64,000 nucleotides of DNA from an uncultured archaeon. Lineage in GTDB: Archaea > Hadarchaeota > Hadarchaeia > Hadarchaeales > WYZ-LMO6. The first letter of the stretch is position 1. The number at the start of each line of letters is the position of its first letter. Below the pieces are notes generated by a model. That model was given only the letters and a program-made list of their open reading frames with translations, did no database searches and was not told the origin of the DNA. The stretch is taken from contig CALJER010000003.1 in NCBI GenBank assembly GCA_938074535.1, positions 28,626 through 92,625 on the forward strand, in the 5' to 3' direction. Position numbers and translations under genes: made by a program. Below, piece after piece: positions 26,170-36,043 of this stretch.

Positions 26170-27176
26170 AGGTGGAGGAGATAGGGAAGGTGGACAGGGG
26201 AGGGATGCTGAGGGAGCTTCTGGGCTTCCCCGAGAGGTGCGGGGAGGCCCTCTCCCTTCCCGTGAGGGTGGGGAGGAGGAGGGTGAGGAAGGTGGTGCTG
26301 GCGGGAATGGGTGGCTCGGCCATCGCGGGGGACCTCCTGAGGGACTGGCTGGATCCTCCCTTTCCCCTCGAGGTGAGCAGGGGCTACCACCTCCCCGCCT
26401 GGGTGGGAAGGGACACGCTCGTGCTGGCCGTGAGCTACTCGGGGAACACCGAGGAGACCCTGAGCTGCTTTTCGGAGGCCCTGGAGAGAAAGGCGGAGGT
26501 GGTGGGGATCTCCTCCGGCGGGAGGCTGGAGGAGAGGTGCGGGGAGGGGAGGCTCCCGCACGTGAAGGTCCCCGGGGGGATGGCCCCCAGGGTGGCCCTG
26601 CCCTTCCTCCTCTTCGCCTCCCTGAACGTGCTCCTGGCGAAGGGCCTGGTGAGGGTGGAGGGGGAAGAGGTGGAGGAGGCCCTGGAGGCCCTGAAGGGGC
26701 TGAGGAGGAGGCTGGCCCCGGGCGTGCCCAGGAACCCCGCAGAGGAGGCGGCGGAGAGGCTGAAGGGCACCCTTCCCTTCATCTACGCCCCGAAGGAGCT
26801 GGCGGGGGCGGCCCTCAGGCTCAAGACCCAGCTGAACGAGAACAGCAAGGTGCCGGCGAAGGTGGAGCTCCTCCCCGAGCTCTGCCACAACGAGATCGTG
26901 GGGCTGCGCTCCTGCCCGGAGTCCGTCTCCTTCGTCCTCCTGCACAGCGGGGGGGAGGACAGGAGGATGGGGGCCAGGATGGGGTTCGTGAGGGACCTCC
27001 TGAGGGGAAGGAGGGTGGTGGAGCTGGCGGGGGAGGGACGGGGGAGGCTGGCGCGCCTCCTCACTCTGGTCTACCTGGGCGACTTCCTCTCCTTCTACCT
27101 GGCCGTGAAGAGGGGGGTGGACCCAACGCCCGTTCCGGAGATAGAGGAGCTGAAGAGGAGGCTGGCCGACCTCTAG
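26166..27176 (+). CDS. Bifunctional phosphoglucose/phosphomannose isomerase
   Basis: GMGGS, SYSGNTEET, ISSGG, PR, NENSK, PELCHNEI and GVDPTPV. Confidence 0.92.
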   Translation: MKVEEIGKVDRGGMLRELLGFPERCGEALSLPVRVGRRRVRKVVLAGMGGSAIAGDLLRDWLDPPFPLEVSRGYHLPAWVGRDTLVLAVSYSGNTEETLSCFSEALERKAEVVGISSGGRLEERCGEGRLPHVKVPGGMAPRVALPFLLFASLNVLLAKGLVRVEGEEVEEALEALKGLRRRLAPGVPRNPAEEAAERLKGTLPFIYAPKELAGAALRLKTQLNENSKVPAKVELLPELCHNEIVGLRSCPESVSFVLLHSGGEDRRMGARMGFVRDLLRGRRVVELAGEGRGRLARLLTLVYLGDFLSFYLAVKRGVDPTPVPEIEELKRRLADL

Positions 27177-27694
27177 AGGAACTCCACCCTCTTCCCCCTC
27201 TCGCTGGGCAAGATCCTCTTCCTTCCACCCCGGAACTCCCTCCTAAGTTCCTCCCCCCCGAAGAGGCGGTCCAGGAAGACCGCGAGGGCGGCCACCTCGG
27301 AGTGGGGCTGGTTCCCCACCGCCACGTTGTGGTCCGCGAGCTCGAACATCTCGCCGGGGACCTTCTCCGCCCCCACCGCCACCAGCAGGTCGTGGCCCCG
27401 CAGGAGGGGGAGGACCTCGTCCAGCGGTCTGCCGTACATGGTGAGGTGCACGACCTTTCCCCCCTTCTTCCTCCACTCCTCCACCACCTCCCTCCAGGGC
27501 CTCCCTCCCTCCACCCAGAAGCTCCCTCCCCACTCCCTCCCCACCTCCTCCACCACCCTCTCCAGCTCCGCGTCCCTGCGCTCGGCCAGGATCATGCCCT
27601 CCGCCCCCAGGGCCCTGGCGGTGAGGGCCACGTGGGTGGTGAGCCGCTGGTCCCTGAAGGGGCGGTGGCCCAGCCTCAGCACGACCACCCTCAT
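27173..27694 (-). CDS. tRNA (cytidine(56)-2'-O)-methyltransferase aTrm56
   Basis: LRLGHR..RDQRLTTHV, VHLTMYG, GAEKVP and NQPHSEV. Confidence 0.95.
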   Translation of the reverse strand: MRVVVLRLGHRPFRDQRLTTHVALTARALGAEGMILAERRDAELERVVEEVGREWGGSFWVEGGRPWREVVEEWRKKGGKVVHLTMYGRPLDEVLPLLRGHDLLVAVGAEKVPGEMFELADHNVAVGNQPHSEVAALAVFLDRLFGGEELRREFRGGRKRILPSERGKRVEFL

Positions 27695-27738
27695 CCTCTT
27701 CCCCCTGACAACCTTTTTTGTTCCCCCCGCCGTTAAGG

Positions 27739-28482
27739 ATGATGCTCGGCCCCCTCTCCCGCTACTTGAGGGCCCTCTCGGAGCTCTCCCGCCTCAGGAG
27801 GGAGGGGGGTACGCTGCGTTTCGGCCTTCCCGCGGTGAGCGCCTCCGACATCGCCTCCCAGTTCTACTGCGAGCGGAAGGTGGAGTTCAGGTACACGGTG
27901 GGGAGGATCAGGACGCCCGAGATGGCGGAGGGGGAGAACAGGCACGCCAGACTCCTGGAGAGGGCCGTGCCCAGGTCCCCGGAGGAGATCCTGCGCTCGG
28001 CGCTGGAGGGACAGCCCGTTTGGGCGAACGAGCTCTTCCTGGCCTCCAGCTTCGGCAGGGTCTTCGTGACGGGCAAGCCCGACGCGCTGGTGTTCGAGGG
28101 GGGAAGGCCGATAAGGGTGGTGGAGTACAAGTTCACGGGCTCCAGGGTCCCGGCGTACTACCACCACGTGCAGGCCAGGGTCTACTGCCTGCTCCTGCGT
28201 CAGCTTGGGATGGACACCTCCCATCTCAGGTACGTCATCCTCCTCCTTCCCCCTTCCTCCTCCCCCGACTTCGGCCTGCTTTCGAGGATGGTGATGGAGG
28301 GGACGGGGGAGGAGGGAGTCTTCGTGTGCGAGCCGGACTGGGAGAGGGCGAGGAGGGAGCTCTCCTGGGCCCTGCAGTACTGGACGGGGAGGAGGGAGGC
28401 CCAGCCCACCGCCACCAGGACCAGGTGCGACTACTGCGAGTACAGGGAGAGGTGCCTGCAAGGGCCTGCGGGGGGAGAATAG
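27739..28482 (+). CDS. Stand-alone Cas4-like PD-(D/E)XK nuclease with four-Cys Fe-S staple
   Basis: SDIASQFYCE, G..RH, GKPD..VEYK, QARVY, and C-terminal CDYCEYRERC. Confidence 0.82.
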   Translation: MMLGPLSRYLRALSELSRLRREGGTLRFGLPAVSASDIASQFYCERKVEFRYTVGRIRTPEMAEGENRHARLLERAVPRSPEEILRSALEGQPVWANELFLASSFGRVFVTGKPDALVFEGGRPIRVVEYKFTGSRVPAYYHHVQARVYCLLLRQLGMDTSHLRYVILLLPPSSSPDFGLLSRMVMEGTGEEGVFVCEPDWERARRELSWALQYWTGRREAQPTATRTRCDYCEYRERCLQGPAGGE

Positions 28483-29127
28483 GTGCACCCCCTCCTGCAG
28501 CTCCCGGTGGGCTTCTTCGTGGGGCTCTCCGGTTCCCTCCTCCCGGGCCCCATGCTGCTGTACGTGGTGGCCAAGTCCTCCGTGGAGGGGAGGGGAGTGG
28601 GGCCCAGGGTGGTGGCGGGGCACCTCCTCACCGAGGCCCTCTTCCTCCTGCTCTTCCTGGCCTGCCTGGAGCTCTTCCTCAGGCCCTCCGTCCACACCTT
28701 CCTGGGCCTGGTGGGGGGAAGCCTCCTGGTGGCGCTGGGAGGGGTGAGCGCCAGGAGGGCTGCCGGGAGGCTTGGGGCGGGGAGCGTCCCGCTGGTCTCC
28801 CTTCCCCCCCTTCCAGGCGGGGTGATGTTCAGCAGCCTCCTGAACCCCAGCGTCCCCCTCTGGTGGGTGACGGTCGGCTTCTCCACCCTGCTGGAGGCCT
28901 TCTCCCTCTCCTCCTACGCGGGGGTGGCCTTCTGGCTGGTGGGGCACGGCCTCTCCGACCTGACCTGGTTCTCGCTGGTCTCGAGCCTTGCCTCGAGGGG
29001 AAGGAGGATCGTGGGGACGAGGGCGCACAGGTCCCTGCTAGCCGTGTGCGGGCTCTTCCTCCTCCTCTTCGGCTCTCTCCTCCTCCTCAAGTACCTTCCC
29101 CGGGTCCTGTCCTGGGGCAGCGGTTGA
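28483..29127 (+). CDS. LysE family translocator
   Basis: GLSGSLLPGP, GHLLTE, LLNP..WW, and about 6 TM segments. Confidence 0.88.
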   Translation: MHPLLQLPVGFFVGLSGSLLPGPMLLYVVAKSSVEGRGVGPRVVAGHLLTEALFLLLFLACLELFLRPSVHTFLGLVGGSLLVALGGVSARRAAGRLGAGSVPLVSLPPLPGGVMFSSLLNPSVPLWWVTVGFSTLLEAFSLSSYAGVAFWLVGHGLSDLTWFSLVSSLASRGRRIVGTRAHRSLLAVCGLFLLLFGSLLLLKYLPRVLSWGSG

Positions 29128-29328
29128 GAGCGGGGAAAAGGGAGGGTGCGGGCTTCGCCCAACGGGCGAAGGAGGACCGCGGAAGCTGGGAGGATGGCAG
29201 GGATGGGCAGTCGATGGGCCAAGAGAAGCCCGCACGGATTAAGAGCCTAAGCACGCCGGTTGGAGGCCCATTCAAGGGGTCTGAGCGGACTTGCTCTCAC
29301 GGCAAACTCTGGAAAAACTTCCCGTACC

Positions 29329-30394
29329 TCAGCTCTTTAAAGCTCGTGCCATGTACTCGACCACAGGGTCGGGGATGCTGAAGGAACCGTCTTTTGACCT
29401 CTCGAGATAACCGAACCGCACAAGCCTGTCCAGGAGGTAGGTCAGGTCGGATTTGGAGAGGGGGCCCAGCTTCGTGCTGGCTCTCTCGTATATCTCCGAC
29501 CACCTGGAAGCGCCGCCCGCCACAGCCCTCAGCACCACTTGGTAGCGGTCGCTCCACCGCAGAATTTTCCTGCTTTCCTCGGCTGCTAGTTTCGCCGCCT
29601 TTTTCAGGAAGTGCTCGAGTTCGGGTTTTTCCCCGAAATGTAGGCATGGCCGTAGAGGGTCGGCCATCCTATCAGTCCATCGAGGGCCTCCACCACCTCC
29701 TCCAGCTCGGGCGGCTGTTTCACGCCGGCTTCCCTGAACCCCCTTCTCAAAAAGTCTGGGGACTGCCCGCGTTCGAGCCTGGCGAGGTGAACGAGCTTGA
29801 TGTGCCTGCCATAAAGAGGGGAGCGGGGGTCTTCCACCCCCAGGAAATCCTGCAGTATGCCCACTTGAGACCCGGTCGAGGCGAAGGTCAGGCTGCTTAG
29901 GTTGTCGATCGCCCAAGCCAGAAGTCCGTCGTAGCTCGTTCTGCCGGCCAGCCGCAGGTGCTGTGCTCCGTCGATGGCTACAACAACTCTCCTTCCACCC
30001 GCCGAAGCCCATTCATCCATGGCTCTGAGGACGTCGGTGAGTGGGGCTCCCTTTTCCCTCCAGTCGAGCAGGACCTCAAGTCCGGCGATTTTGATTCCCC
30101 TCACTCTCCAGCCATGAGGCGAGGCGGTGGGTCCTGCTCAACCTCGAGAGTTCCCCGGAGAGCAAGCGGTACAGGTGAAATCTTGATACTGAGCCGTGGG
30201 CGAAGTAGACTTCCCGCAGGTCCAGCTTGATGAAGGGGTGTTTGCCAGTGCAACGCTGAGCAGCGAAGACTTGCCCAACCTTCTTATCCCCTGTATCACC
30301 ACGAGTCTCTTTCGAAGGCTCTGAGCGCTTCACGCAGCTCGACTTCCCTGTCGTAGAAGTCCTCCTTTTTCTTGGGCTCGGGATCGAACAGCAT
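29329..30394 (-). pseudogene. Frameshifted archaeal AAA-type ATPase with C-terminal winged helix
   Basis: MLFDPEPKKKEDFYDREVEL from ATG 30394. Walker A GIRRLGKSS is in another frame, Walker B is degenerate (VAIDGAQ), TGSQVG..SPLYGR and LDGLIGW follow, and the wHTH YSIPDP-like end (FSIPDPVV) is in a further frame. Confidence 0.85.
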
Positions 30395-30395
30395 C

Positions 30396-30431
30396 GTTCT
30401 ACCCCTTGAACTAGTTCTACCCCTTGAACTC
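30396..30431. repeat. Tandem 18-bp repeat, each unit GTTC-N8-GAAC (operator-like)
   Basis: GTTCTACCCCTTGAACTA followed by GTTCTACCCCTTGAACTC, 1 bp upstream of the ATPase pseudogene start codon. Confidence 0.8.
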
Positions 30432-30620
30432 AAGAATATCTTCGCCTTTCCCGGACCTCCAAGGCGGCAGGGTGCGGGACCACAACGATGGGGCCGTTTT
30501 CGTTTTCGCCGAACCCCCCTGAGCTTTCAGGCGGCAGGGAGCCGAGAAGGGCCTTTCCCCTCAGGCACCTCGCCCAGCCTGGGGCAACGGTTAAGACCGC
30601 GGGAAGAAGAAAGTGAAAAT

Positions 30621-30708
30621 GCGGGGGTGGCCGAGCCAGGTCAAAGGCGCCAGACTCAAGATCTGGTCCCGAAGGGGTTCGGGGGTTCAAATCCCCTCCC
30701 CCGCACCA
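30621..30708 (+). tRNA. tRNA-Leu(CAA), CCA encoded
   Basis: GCGGGGG/CCCCCGC acceptor stem, CCAGA-CTCAAGA-TCTGG anticodon arm, long variable arm CCC-GAA-GGG, and GGTTCAAATCC. Confidence 0.97.
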
Positions 30709-30812
30709 TGCCGGTAGAGTATTTGAGCCGCCGAATCGAAATTGTATGAAATGGGGAGCGAAATTAGCAAGCGGGAAGGGTGCCGGGGATACCGGCATAG
30801 GATGGGATTAGG

Positions 30813-31301
30813 ATGGATCAGGAAGTCAAGAAGAAAATCGGCGACACGGCTTCTAAATACGAGGAGGAGTTCCATGGTTGTTCTCAAGCCGTGCTGCTCG
30901 CCTTCCAGGAGGCCTTGGGATTGAAAGATGATCCTTTGTTCAGGGCGGCAGGTCCCCTGGCGGGCGGCATGTACTCCGGGCTGACCTGCGGAGCGCTTGC
31001 CGGGGGTTTGCTGGTCATCGGCCTCAGGGTGGGGCGCCGTAAAATCGAGGAGGGACTGGAGGGACTCCTGGAAGCCTTTGAACCGGCCCAGAGACTGGTT
31101 AAGTGGTTCGAAGCCGAGTACGGGACCACCTCATGTCGGGAGCTCACAGGAACGGATTGGTTTGATGTGAACCAGGTGATGCTCTTTCTGCGGTCCCCAG
31201 ACAGGCTAAAAGAGTGCGTCAAGCGCGTGGGGAAAACTGCCGAGAAGGTGGCTGAGATAATAGCCGAGATAGACAGTCGTTCGGGGAGTCAAGAGGGTTG
31301 A
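30813..31301 (+). CDS. C-GCAxxG-C-C family putative redox-active protein
   Basis: GCSQAV, TCGALAGG, TSCREL and EC. Confidence 0.88.
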   Translation: MDQEVKKKIGDTASKYEEEFHGCSQAVLLAFQEALGLKDDPLFRAAGPLAGGMYSGLTCGALAGGLLVIGLRVGRRKIEEGLEGLLEAFEPAQRLVKWFEAEYGTTSCRELTGTDWFDVNQVMLFLRSPDRLKECVKRVGKTAEKVAEIIAEIDSRSGSQEG

Positions 31302-31510
31302 GCTGGTAGGGATTCAAAATTGGGGTTTTGAGCAACTCGCGCACTTCGTTTTTCCTGTCTTAGAGATACCGCTTCTTCAGCCTTCCCCGCTTCCTGGGAA
31401 GGCATTTTTCGATGCCCGGGCCCTCCCAGCGATCGAGGTGCGAAAGGGTGGCCGTCCGCGTTTCCCGCGAAAACAGGTATGCCCTCGGGTGAGCGCATCC
31501 GAGGGAGGGT

Positions 31511-33406
31511 TCATCCCTCCTCCGGCAGGTGCTCCGGAGAAACCGTGTCCCCGAACTCCCTCCTGGTTTCCTCCAGCCTCCTCCTGGTCTCCTCCAGCAC
31601 CCGGAAGAGCTCGGGAGGAGCCTCCGGCTCTTTCTTCCAGAACTCCTCCACCCTTCCCACCTTCTTCAGGAGCCACTTCGCCCTGATGGAGAACTGCTCC
31701 TCGTACTCCTCCTCCGTGTACTCCCTTCCCCGCACCTCCCTGAAGAGCTTCACCAGATCCTCGTACCTGGGGATGAGCCCCGTGGGGGAGACCAGGGCGC
31801 CAGCCTCCCCGTGGATTCTCCTCTCCATCCACTTCACCCACACGTGCTTGTCCAGCCTGTGGTTCAGGTACTCCCCCGTCTTCGGGTGGCGCAGGAAGTA
31901 GTTCACCCCGAAGACCAGCGGTGCCTTTCTCAGCCTCCTTCCGAACTCCAGGTAGTTCCTGAGGTACTCGCCCAAGGGGATGGAGAGGAAGTCCTGGAGG
32001 CTCATCACGTTGATCTCGAACTTCGGCTCCTCCACGATGGCGAAGGTGGTTTCCGTCTCAAGCCCAGCCCCGTACAGGACGACGCCGTGCTCCCAGCTGA
32101 AGCCTTGCTGGACGGGAACGAAGGCCCTGTAGTCCCTCCCCCCGAACATGATTCCCCCCAGCTCCACCCCTTTCGGGTTCTCCAGTTCGGGATCGCAGTT
32201 GGGGAGGGTGGAGAGGCTGACGGTGTACCTGGCGTTGGGGTGGGCTGGAGGAACGGGCTTTCCGTCCGGCCCCTTCATTCCCTCCCTCCACTCCCCGCAG
32301 AAGTTGAGCCCCCGCTTGGGCAGCTCGCACCCCATCCCCAGCCAGTAGGGTTTTCCGTCCTTCACCAGCACGTTGGAAAAGATGATCTCCCCAGGACTGG
32401 TGAGGACCTGGTAGATGAGGGGATCGCTCTTCGGGCTCACGTCCTGCAGGATGCCCAGGATTCCGCTTTCCACGTTTACGCCCCTGCACTGCCCCTCCAG
32501 GTTCCTGACGTAGGCTATGTCATCGGCCAGGATGGTCTCCCCCGGCAGCATGGCGGTGGAGGTCTTCCCGCAGGCGCTGGGGAAGGCCCCGGCTAGGTAG
32601 GTCTTCCTCCCGCCAGGCCCCCTCACCCCTATGATCATGAAGTGCTCGGCCAGCCATCCCTCCCTGTGGGCCTTTCTGATGGCCAGCCTGAGGGCCAGCT
32701 TCTTGAAGCCCACCGAGTTCCCCGCGTACTGGGTGTTCACGCTGTAGACGGTGTTGGTGACGTAGTCGATGTAGATCCTCTTCTTCTCCGGCTCCGCGCT
32801 GATCATCCTCCCGTCCAGCTCCCCCGCCGAGTGGAGGGTCTTGAAGAGCTCCGCCTTCGGGTCCAGCTTCAGGAAGGTGTCGTAGCCCCTGCGGTAGAGG
32901 AGGGTGACGGAGTGGGCCACGTACCAGGAGTCCGTGCACTCCATGCAGGGGATGGTGAAGGGCGAGTGCCTGGGGCCGAGGGTGAGGAAGCGCACGATCA
33001 TGGTCTTCCCCCTCATGGAGCCCCTCAGCAGGCCCAGGATCTCGGAGAGGCCCTCCTCCCTCTCCACCTGGTTCAGTCTCGGGCTCAGGTAGTCGCCCTT
33101 CGGCACCAGGAACTTGGTGGCCTGCCTGTCCCTCCCCTGGTCGAAGTAGCCGTCGAAGTGGTAGGTGTGGCCAGGCAGGGAGAGGGGCCCCTCCTCCCCG
33201 CTCTCCACGGCCATAGACCTGATGTGGGTCAGGTCCTCGGGGGAGTCGTCGCAGACGAAGACCCTGTCCGGCTGGCAGAGCTCCACCGCCCGGCAGACGA
33301 ACTCGTGCACCTCCGGGTGGGGGATGGCCAGGAGCTTTTCCACTTCCCTCTCCCCAGCCTTCCTCCGCACCTTCAGGAGCAGCCTCTCCGCTTCCTCTCT
33401 TGACAT
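31511..33406 (-). CDS. pckG: Phosphoenolpyruvate carboxykinase (GTP)
   Basis: YAGNSVGFKK, WLAEH, AFPSACGKTSTAM, DDIA and HPNARY. Confidence 0.95.
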   Translation of the reverse strand: MSREEAERLLLKVRRKAGEREVEKLLAIPHPEVHEFVCRAVELCQPDRVFVCDDSPEDLTHIRSMAVESGEEGPLSLPGHTYHFDGYFDQGRDRQATKFLVPKGDYLSPRLNQVEREEGLSEILGLLRGSMRGKTMIVRFLTLGPRHSPFTIPCMECTDSWYVAHSVTLLYRRGYDTFLKLDPKAELFKTLHSAGELDGRMISAEPEKKRIYIDYVTNTVYSVNTQYAGNSVGFKKLALRLAIRKAHREGWLAEHFMIIGVRGPGGRKTYLAGAFPSACGKTSTAMLPGETILADDIAYVRNLEGQCRGVNVESGILGILQDVSPKSDPLIYQVLTSPGEIIFSNVLVKDGKPYWLGMGCELPKRGLNFCGEWREGMKGPDGKPVPPAHPNARYTVSLSTLPNCDPELENPKGVELGGIMFGGRDYRAFVPVQQGFSWEHGVVLYGAGLETETTFAIVEEPKFEINVMSLQDFLSIPLGEYLRNYLEFGRRLRKAPLVFGVNYFLRHPKTGEYLNHRLDKHVWVKWMERRIHGEAGALVSPTGLIPRYEDLVKLFREVRGREYTEEEYEEQFSIRAKWLLKKVGRVEEFWKKEPEAPPELFRVLEETRRRLEETRREFGDTVSPEHLPEEG

Positions 33407-33558
33407 TTTGTTAATTCTCCTCAGTTTTTTCGAAACACTTGTTTCATTACTTTAAAAACCTTGTCCTCCACCTGTAAAAGTTGGGCTGAGAGCTCGATCC
33501 CGGCGATCAGCACGAGCCCGAAGATGGGGTCAGAGCCACCGCGCCCGCCCCCCCTTGG

Positions 33559-34572
33559 TTAGGACCTCTGAAAGGACCTCTCGTATCTTTCCAGCTCCTT
33601 CAGCCTCTCCTCCTTCTCCCTCCTCCCCAGAAAGGAGGCCTCGAAGGAGTTCCGGGCCAGCGTCACCAGTTCCCTCCTCCCCAGCCCCAGGGCCTCCCGC
33701 ACGGCCAGGTAGTTTTCGTTCACGTAGCCGCCGAAGTAGGCTGGGTCGTCGGAGTTCACCGTTACCTTCATCCCCCTCACCATCATCTCCCTCAGCGGGT
33801 GCTCCTTGAGGTCCCTCACCACCCCCAGCCTCAGGTTGGAGAGGGGGCAGAGGGTGAGGGGGATCCCTCTCCTGGCCAGCTCCTCCACCAGTGCGGGGTC
33901 CTCCATGGCCCTGTTCCCGTGGTCTATCCTGATCACCCCCAGCTCCAGCGCCTCCCGCACGTACTCCGGGGGACCCTCCTCCCCGGCGTGCGCCACCAGC
34001 AGGAACCCCTCCTCCCTCGCCCTCTCGAAGACCCTCCTGAACTTGGAGGGAGGGTGCCCCACCTCCGCTGAGTCGAGCCCCACCCCCACCATCAGGTCCC
34101 TGTAGGGGAGGGCCTCCTCCAGCGTCCTCGCCGCCTCCTCCTGCGGAAGGTCCCTCAGAAAGCACATGATGAGCCCGGTGCTCATCCCCCTCCCCTCCGC
34201 CTCGAGCAGGGCCGAGTGGATCCCCTCTATCACCGTCTCAAACTTCACCCCCCTGCGCGCGTGTGCTTGGGGGTCAAAGAAGACCTCGGCGTGGAGAACG
34301 TTCTGGGAGCGCGCCTTCTCCAGGTAGGAGAGGGTGAGGTCGTGAAAATCCTCCTTTTCCCTGAGCACCTCCACCCCCTTGTAGTAGAGGTTCAGGAAGT
34401 CCTGGAGGTTTTTGAACCTGTAGGCCCTCCTCACCTCCTCCACGGAGCCGTACCCCAACCTCACCCCCCTCTTCCTCGCCAGCTCGAACATGAGCTCCGG
34501 CTCCAGGGTCCCCTCCAGGTGCAGGTGGAGTTCGGCCTTGGGCAAACCCTCCACGAAGGCCCGCTCGGTCAT
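33559..34572 (-). CDS. add: Adenine/adenosine deaminase
   Basis: PKAELHLHLEG, HAGEE, RIDHG, CPLSN and NSDDP. ATG overlaps the cca stop. Confidence 0.92.
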   Translation of the reverse strand: MTERAFVEGLPKAELHLHLEGTLEPELMFELARKRGVRLGYGSVEEVRRAYRFKNLQDFLNLYYKGVEVLREKEDFHDLTLSYLEKARSQNVLHAEVFFDPQAHARRGVKFETVIEGIHSALLEAEGRGMSTGLIMCFLRDLPQEEAARTLEEALPYRDLMVGVGLDSAEVGHPPSKFRRVFERAREEGFLLVAHAGEEGPPEYVREALELGVIRIDHGNRAMEDPALVEELARRGIPLTLCPLSNLRLGVVRDLKEHPLREMMVRGMKVTVNSDDPAYFGGYVNENYLAVREALGLGRRELVTLARNSFEASFLGRREKEERLKELERYERSFQRS

Positions 34573-35954
34573 CTGTACCAGGGGAGACACTTGGTGAGGT
34601 ACTCGGAGAGGAAAGAGGTGAAGTCCTCTTCGCGGCAGAGCCCCAGGATGGCCCTCCCCCGGTGGACCCTGAAGCCCTCCGCCAGGGCCTCCCCCAGGTG
34701 TTTCCCCAGTCCCTCCCTCCTCTTCAAAACCCCCTCCAGCACCTCCTCGGCCTCCCTCTTCCTCCTCTCCACTTCAAAGACCAGCCTTCCTTCCATGTCC
34801 ACGTAGGGTCCTGCCCAGGTCCCCCTCTTCCCCAGGTACTTCCGCAGGAAGCTCTCCTCGGGGGCGGAGGGGGGAGGACCCTTCCTCACCTCGAGGGGAG
34901 GAAGGGAGGAAGGGAAGACCTCCAGGAGGAGGGCCGAGAGGCGCTTTCCGGACCATACCTCGCTGCCCATCACCTGGAAGCCCCTCTCCCCGAGCGCGAA
35001 GCCCAGGGCCCTCTCCGCCTTCCTGAGCTGGGGGTAGAGCACGTCCTCCGCCACCGGAGGGGTTCTGAAGGTCACGCAGAAGAGCTCCGTTCCCCTCCTC
35101 CTCATGAGCCTCCACAGCCTTCCCCTCCCGAGCACCCGTCCCGGCCTTGGGAAGAAGAAGCGCTCGGAGGGCCTCCTCAGGAACTCCCTGCAGGCCAGCA
35201 CGAAGGTGGAGAACTTCTGGATGGAGACGGCGGCCGCCACGTTCCTGGTGCGGTCCACGGGGTCCACCACCACCAGAGGCTGGTCGGGGAAGAGCAGCCT
35301 GAGCTTGGAGGGGTCGGGATAGAAGCCCTCCAGGTCTATCACTTGCCCTGGCTTCCACCCTCTGGCCTCCCTCACCAGTCCCTCGAAAGAGCGGGAGTGC
35401 AGCACCAGGAGCTCGCACAGGTAGCCCGAGAACCCACCCACCCTGAACTCGGCTCCGTAGCATCCTATTCCCCTCATGAAGCTCTTGAGCAGCCTCACCT
35501 CCCTCCTGAGCCCCTCGTTCAGCCTCTCCTTCACGTACTCGGTGTGGAAGGGTGTCCGGTCCACGGAGGAGCGCATCTGCGAGGGGCTCTCCACCCTGAA
35601 GCAGGGCACCACCTCCACCCTGTACCCTCCCCCCTCCACCTCCAGGTAGGGGTGCTCGGCGTACCTCTCCCTCTTCCTCCCCTTCAGCGCCTTCGCCGCC
35701 TCCACCACCTCCCTCAGCCTCTCCTCGGGTGCCGAGGGGGGGAGGAGGACGAAGAGGTCCAGGTCGTTCTCCCCTTTGAGCCAGGTGTCCTTGGCGAAGG
35801 ACCCCTCCACCCTCACCTCCGCTTCTATCCCCCTGCGCAGGAGCTCCCCGGAGAGGGAGGAGAGGAGGCGGCTGGAGAACTCAGCGGCCCTCCTCCGGTC
35901 CTCCTTCGTGGGCTCGATCCTCCGCATGATCCTGGTGTAGAGCCCCTCCATCAC
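34569..35954 (-). CDS. cca: CCA-adding enzyme (class I)
   Basis: GSFAKDTWL..DLDLF, YAEHPY, DRTPFH, GFSGYLCELL and DPVDRTRNVAA. Confidence 0.95.
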   Translation of the reverse strand: MMEGLYTRIMRRIEPTKEDRRRAAEFSSRLLSSLSGELLRRGIEAEVRVEGSFAKDTWLKGENDLDLFVLLPPSAPEERLREVVEAAKALKGRKRERYAEHPYLEVEGGGYRVEVVPCFRVESPSQMRSSVDRTPFHTEYVKERLNEGLRREVRLLKSFMRGIGCYGAEFRVGGFSGYLCELLVLHSRSFEGLVREARGWKPGQVIDLEGFYPDPSKLRLLFPDQPLVVVDPVDRTRNVAAAVSIQKFSTFVLACREFLRRPSERFFFPRPGRVLGRGRLWRLMRRRGTELFCVTFRTPPVAEDVLYPQLRKAERALGFALGERGFQVMGSEVWSGKRLSALLLEVFPSSLPPLEVRKGPPPSAPEESFLRKYLGKRGTWAGPYVDMEGRLVFEVERRKREAEEVLEGVLKRREGLGKHLGEALAEGFRVHRGRAILGLCREEDFTSFLSEYLTKCLPWYR

Positions 35955-36043
35955 CCGGCTGGGGATGTTGGGAGTAAAAGGATTAGCCAGGACCGGCGGG
36001 CCGGGAGGTCTGGTAAAGTTAAAAGGGTGAGGTTTAGAGGAGG

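Noticed and set aside
30396-30431. CRISPR mini-array near the Cas4-like gene
   Set aside because: Only two adjacent 18-bp units with no spacer.
33483-33545. Hairpin-like gap between add and pckG
   Set aside because: One short stem only and no C/D boxes. It could be a gene remnant and cannot be supported.
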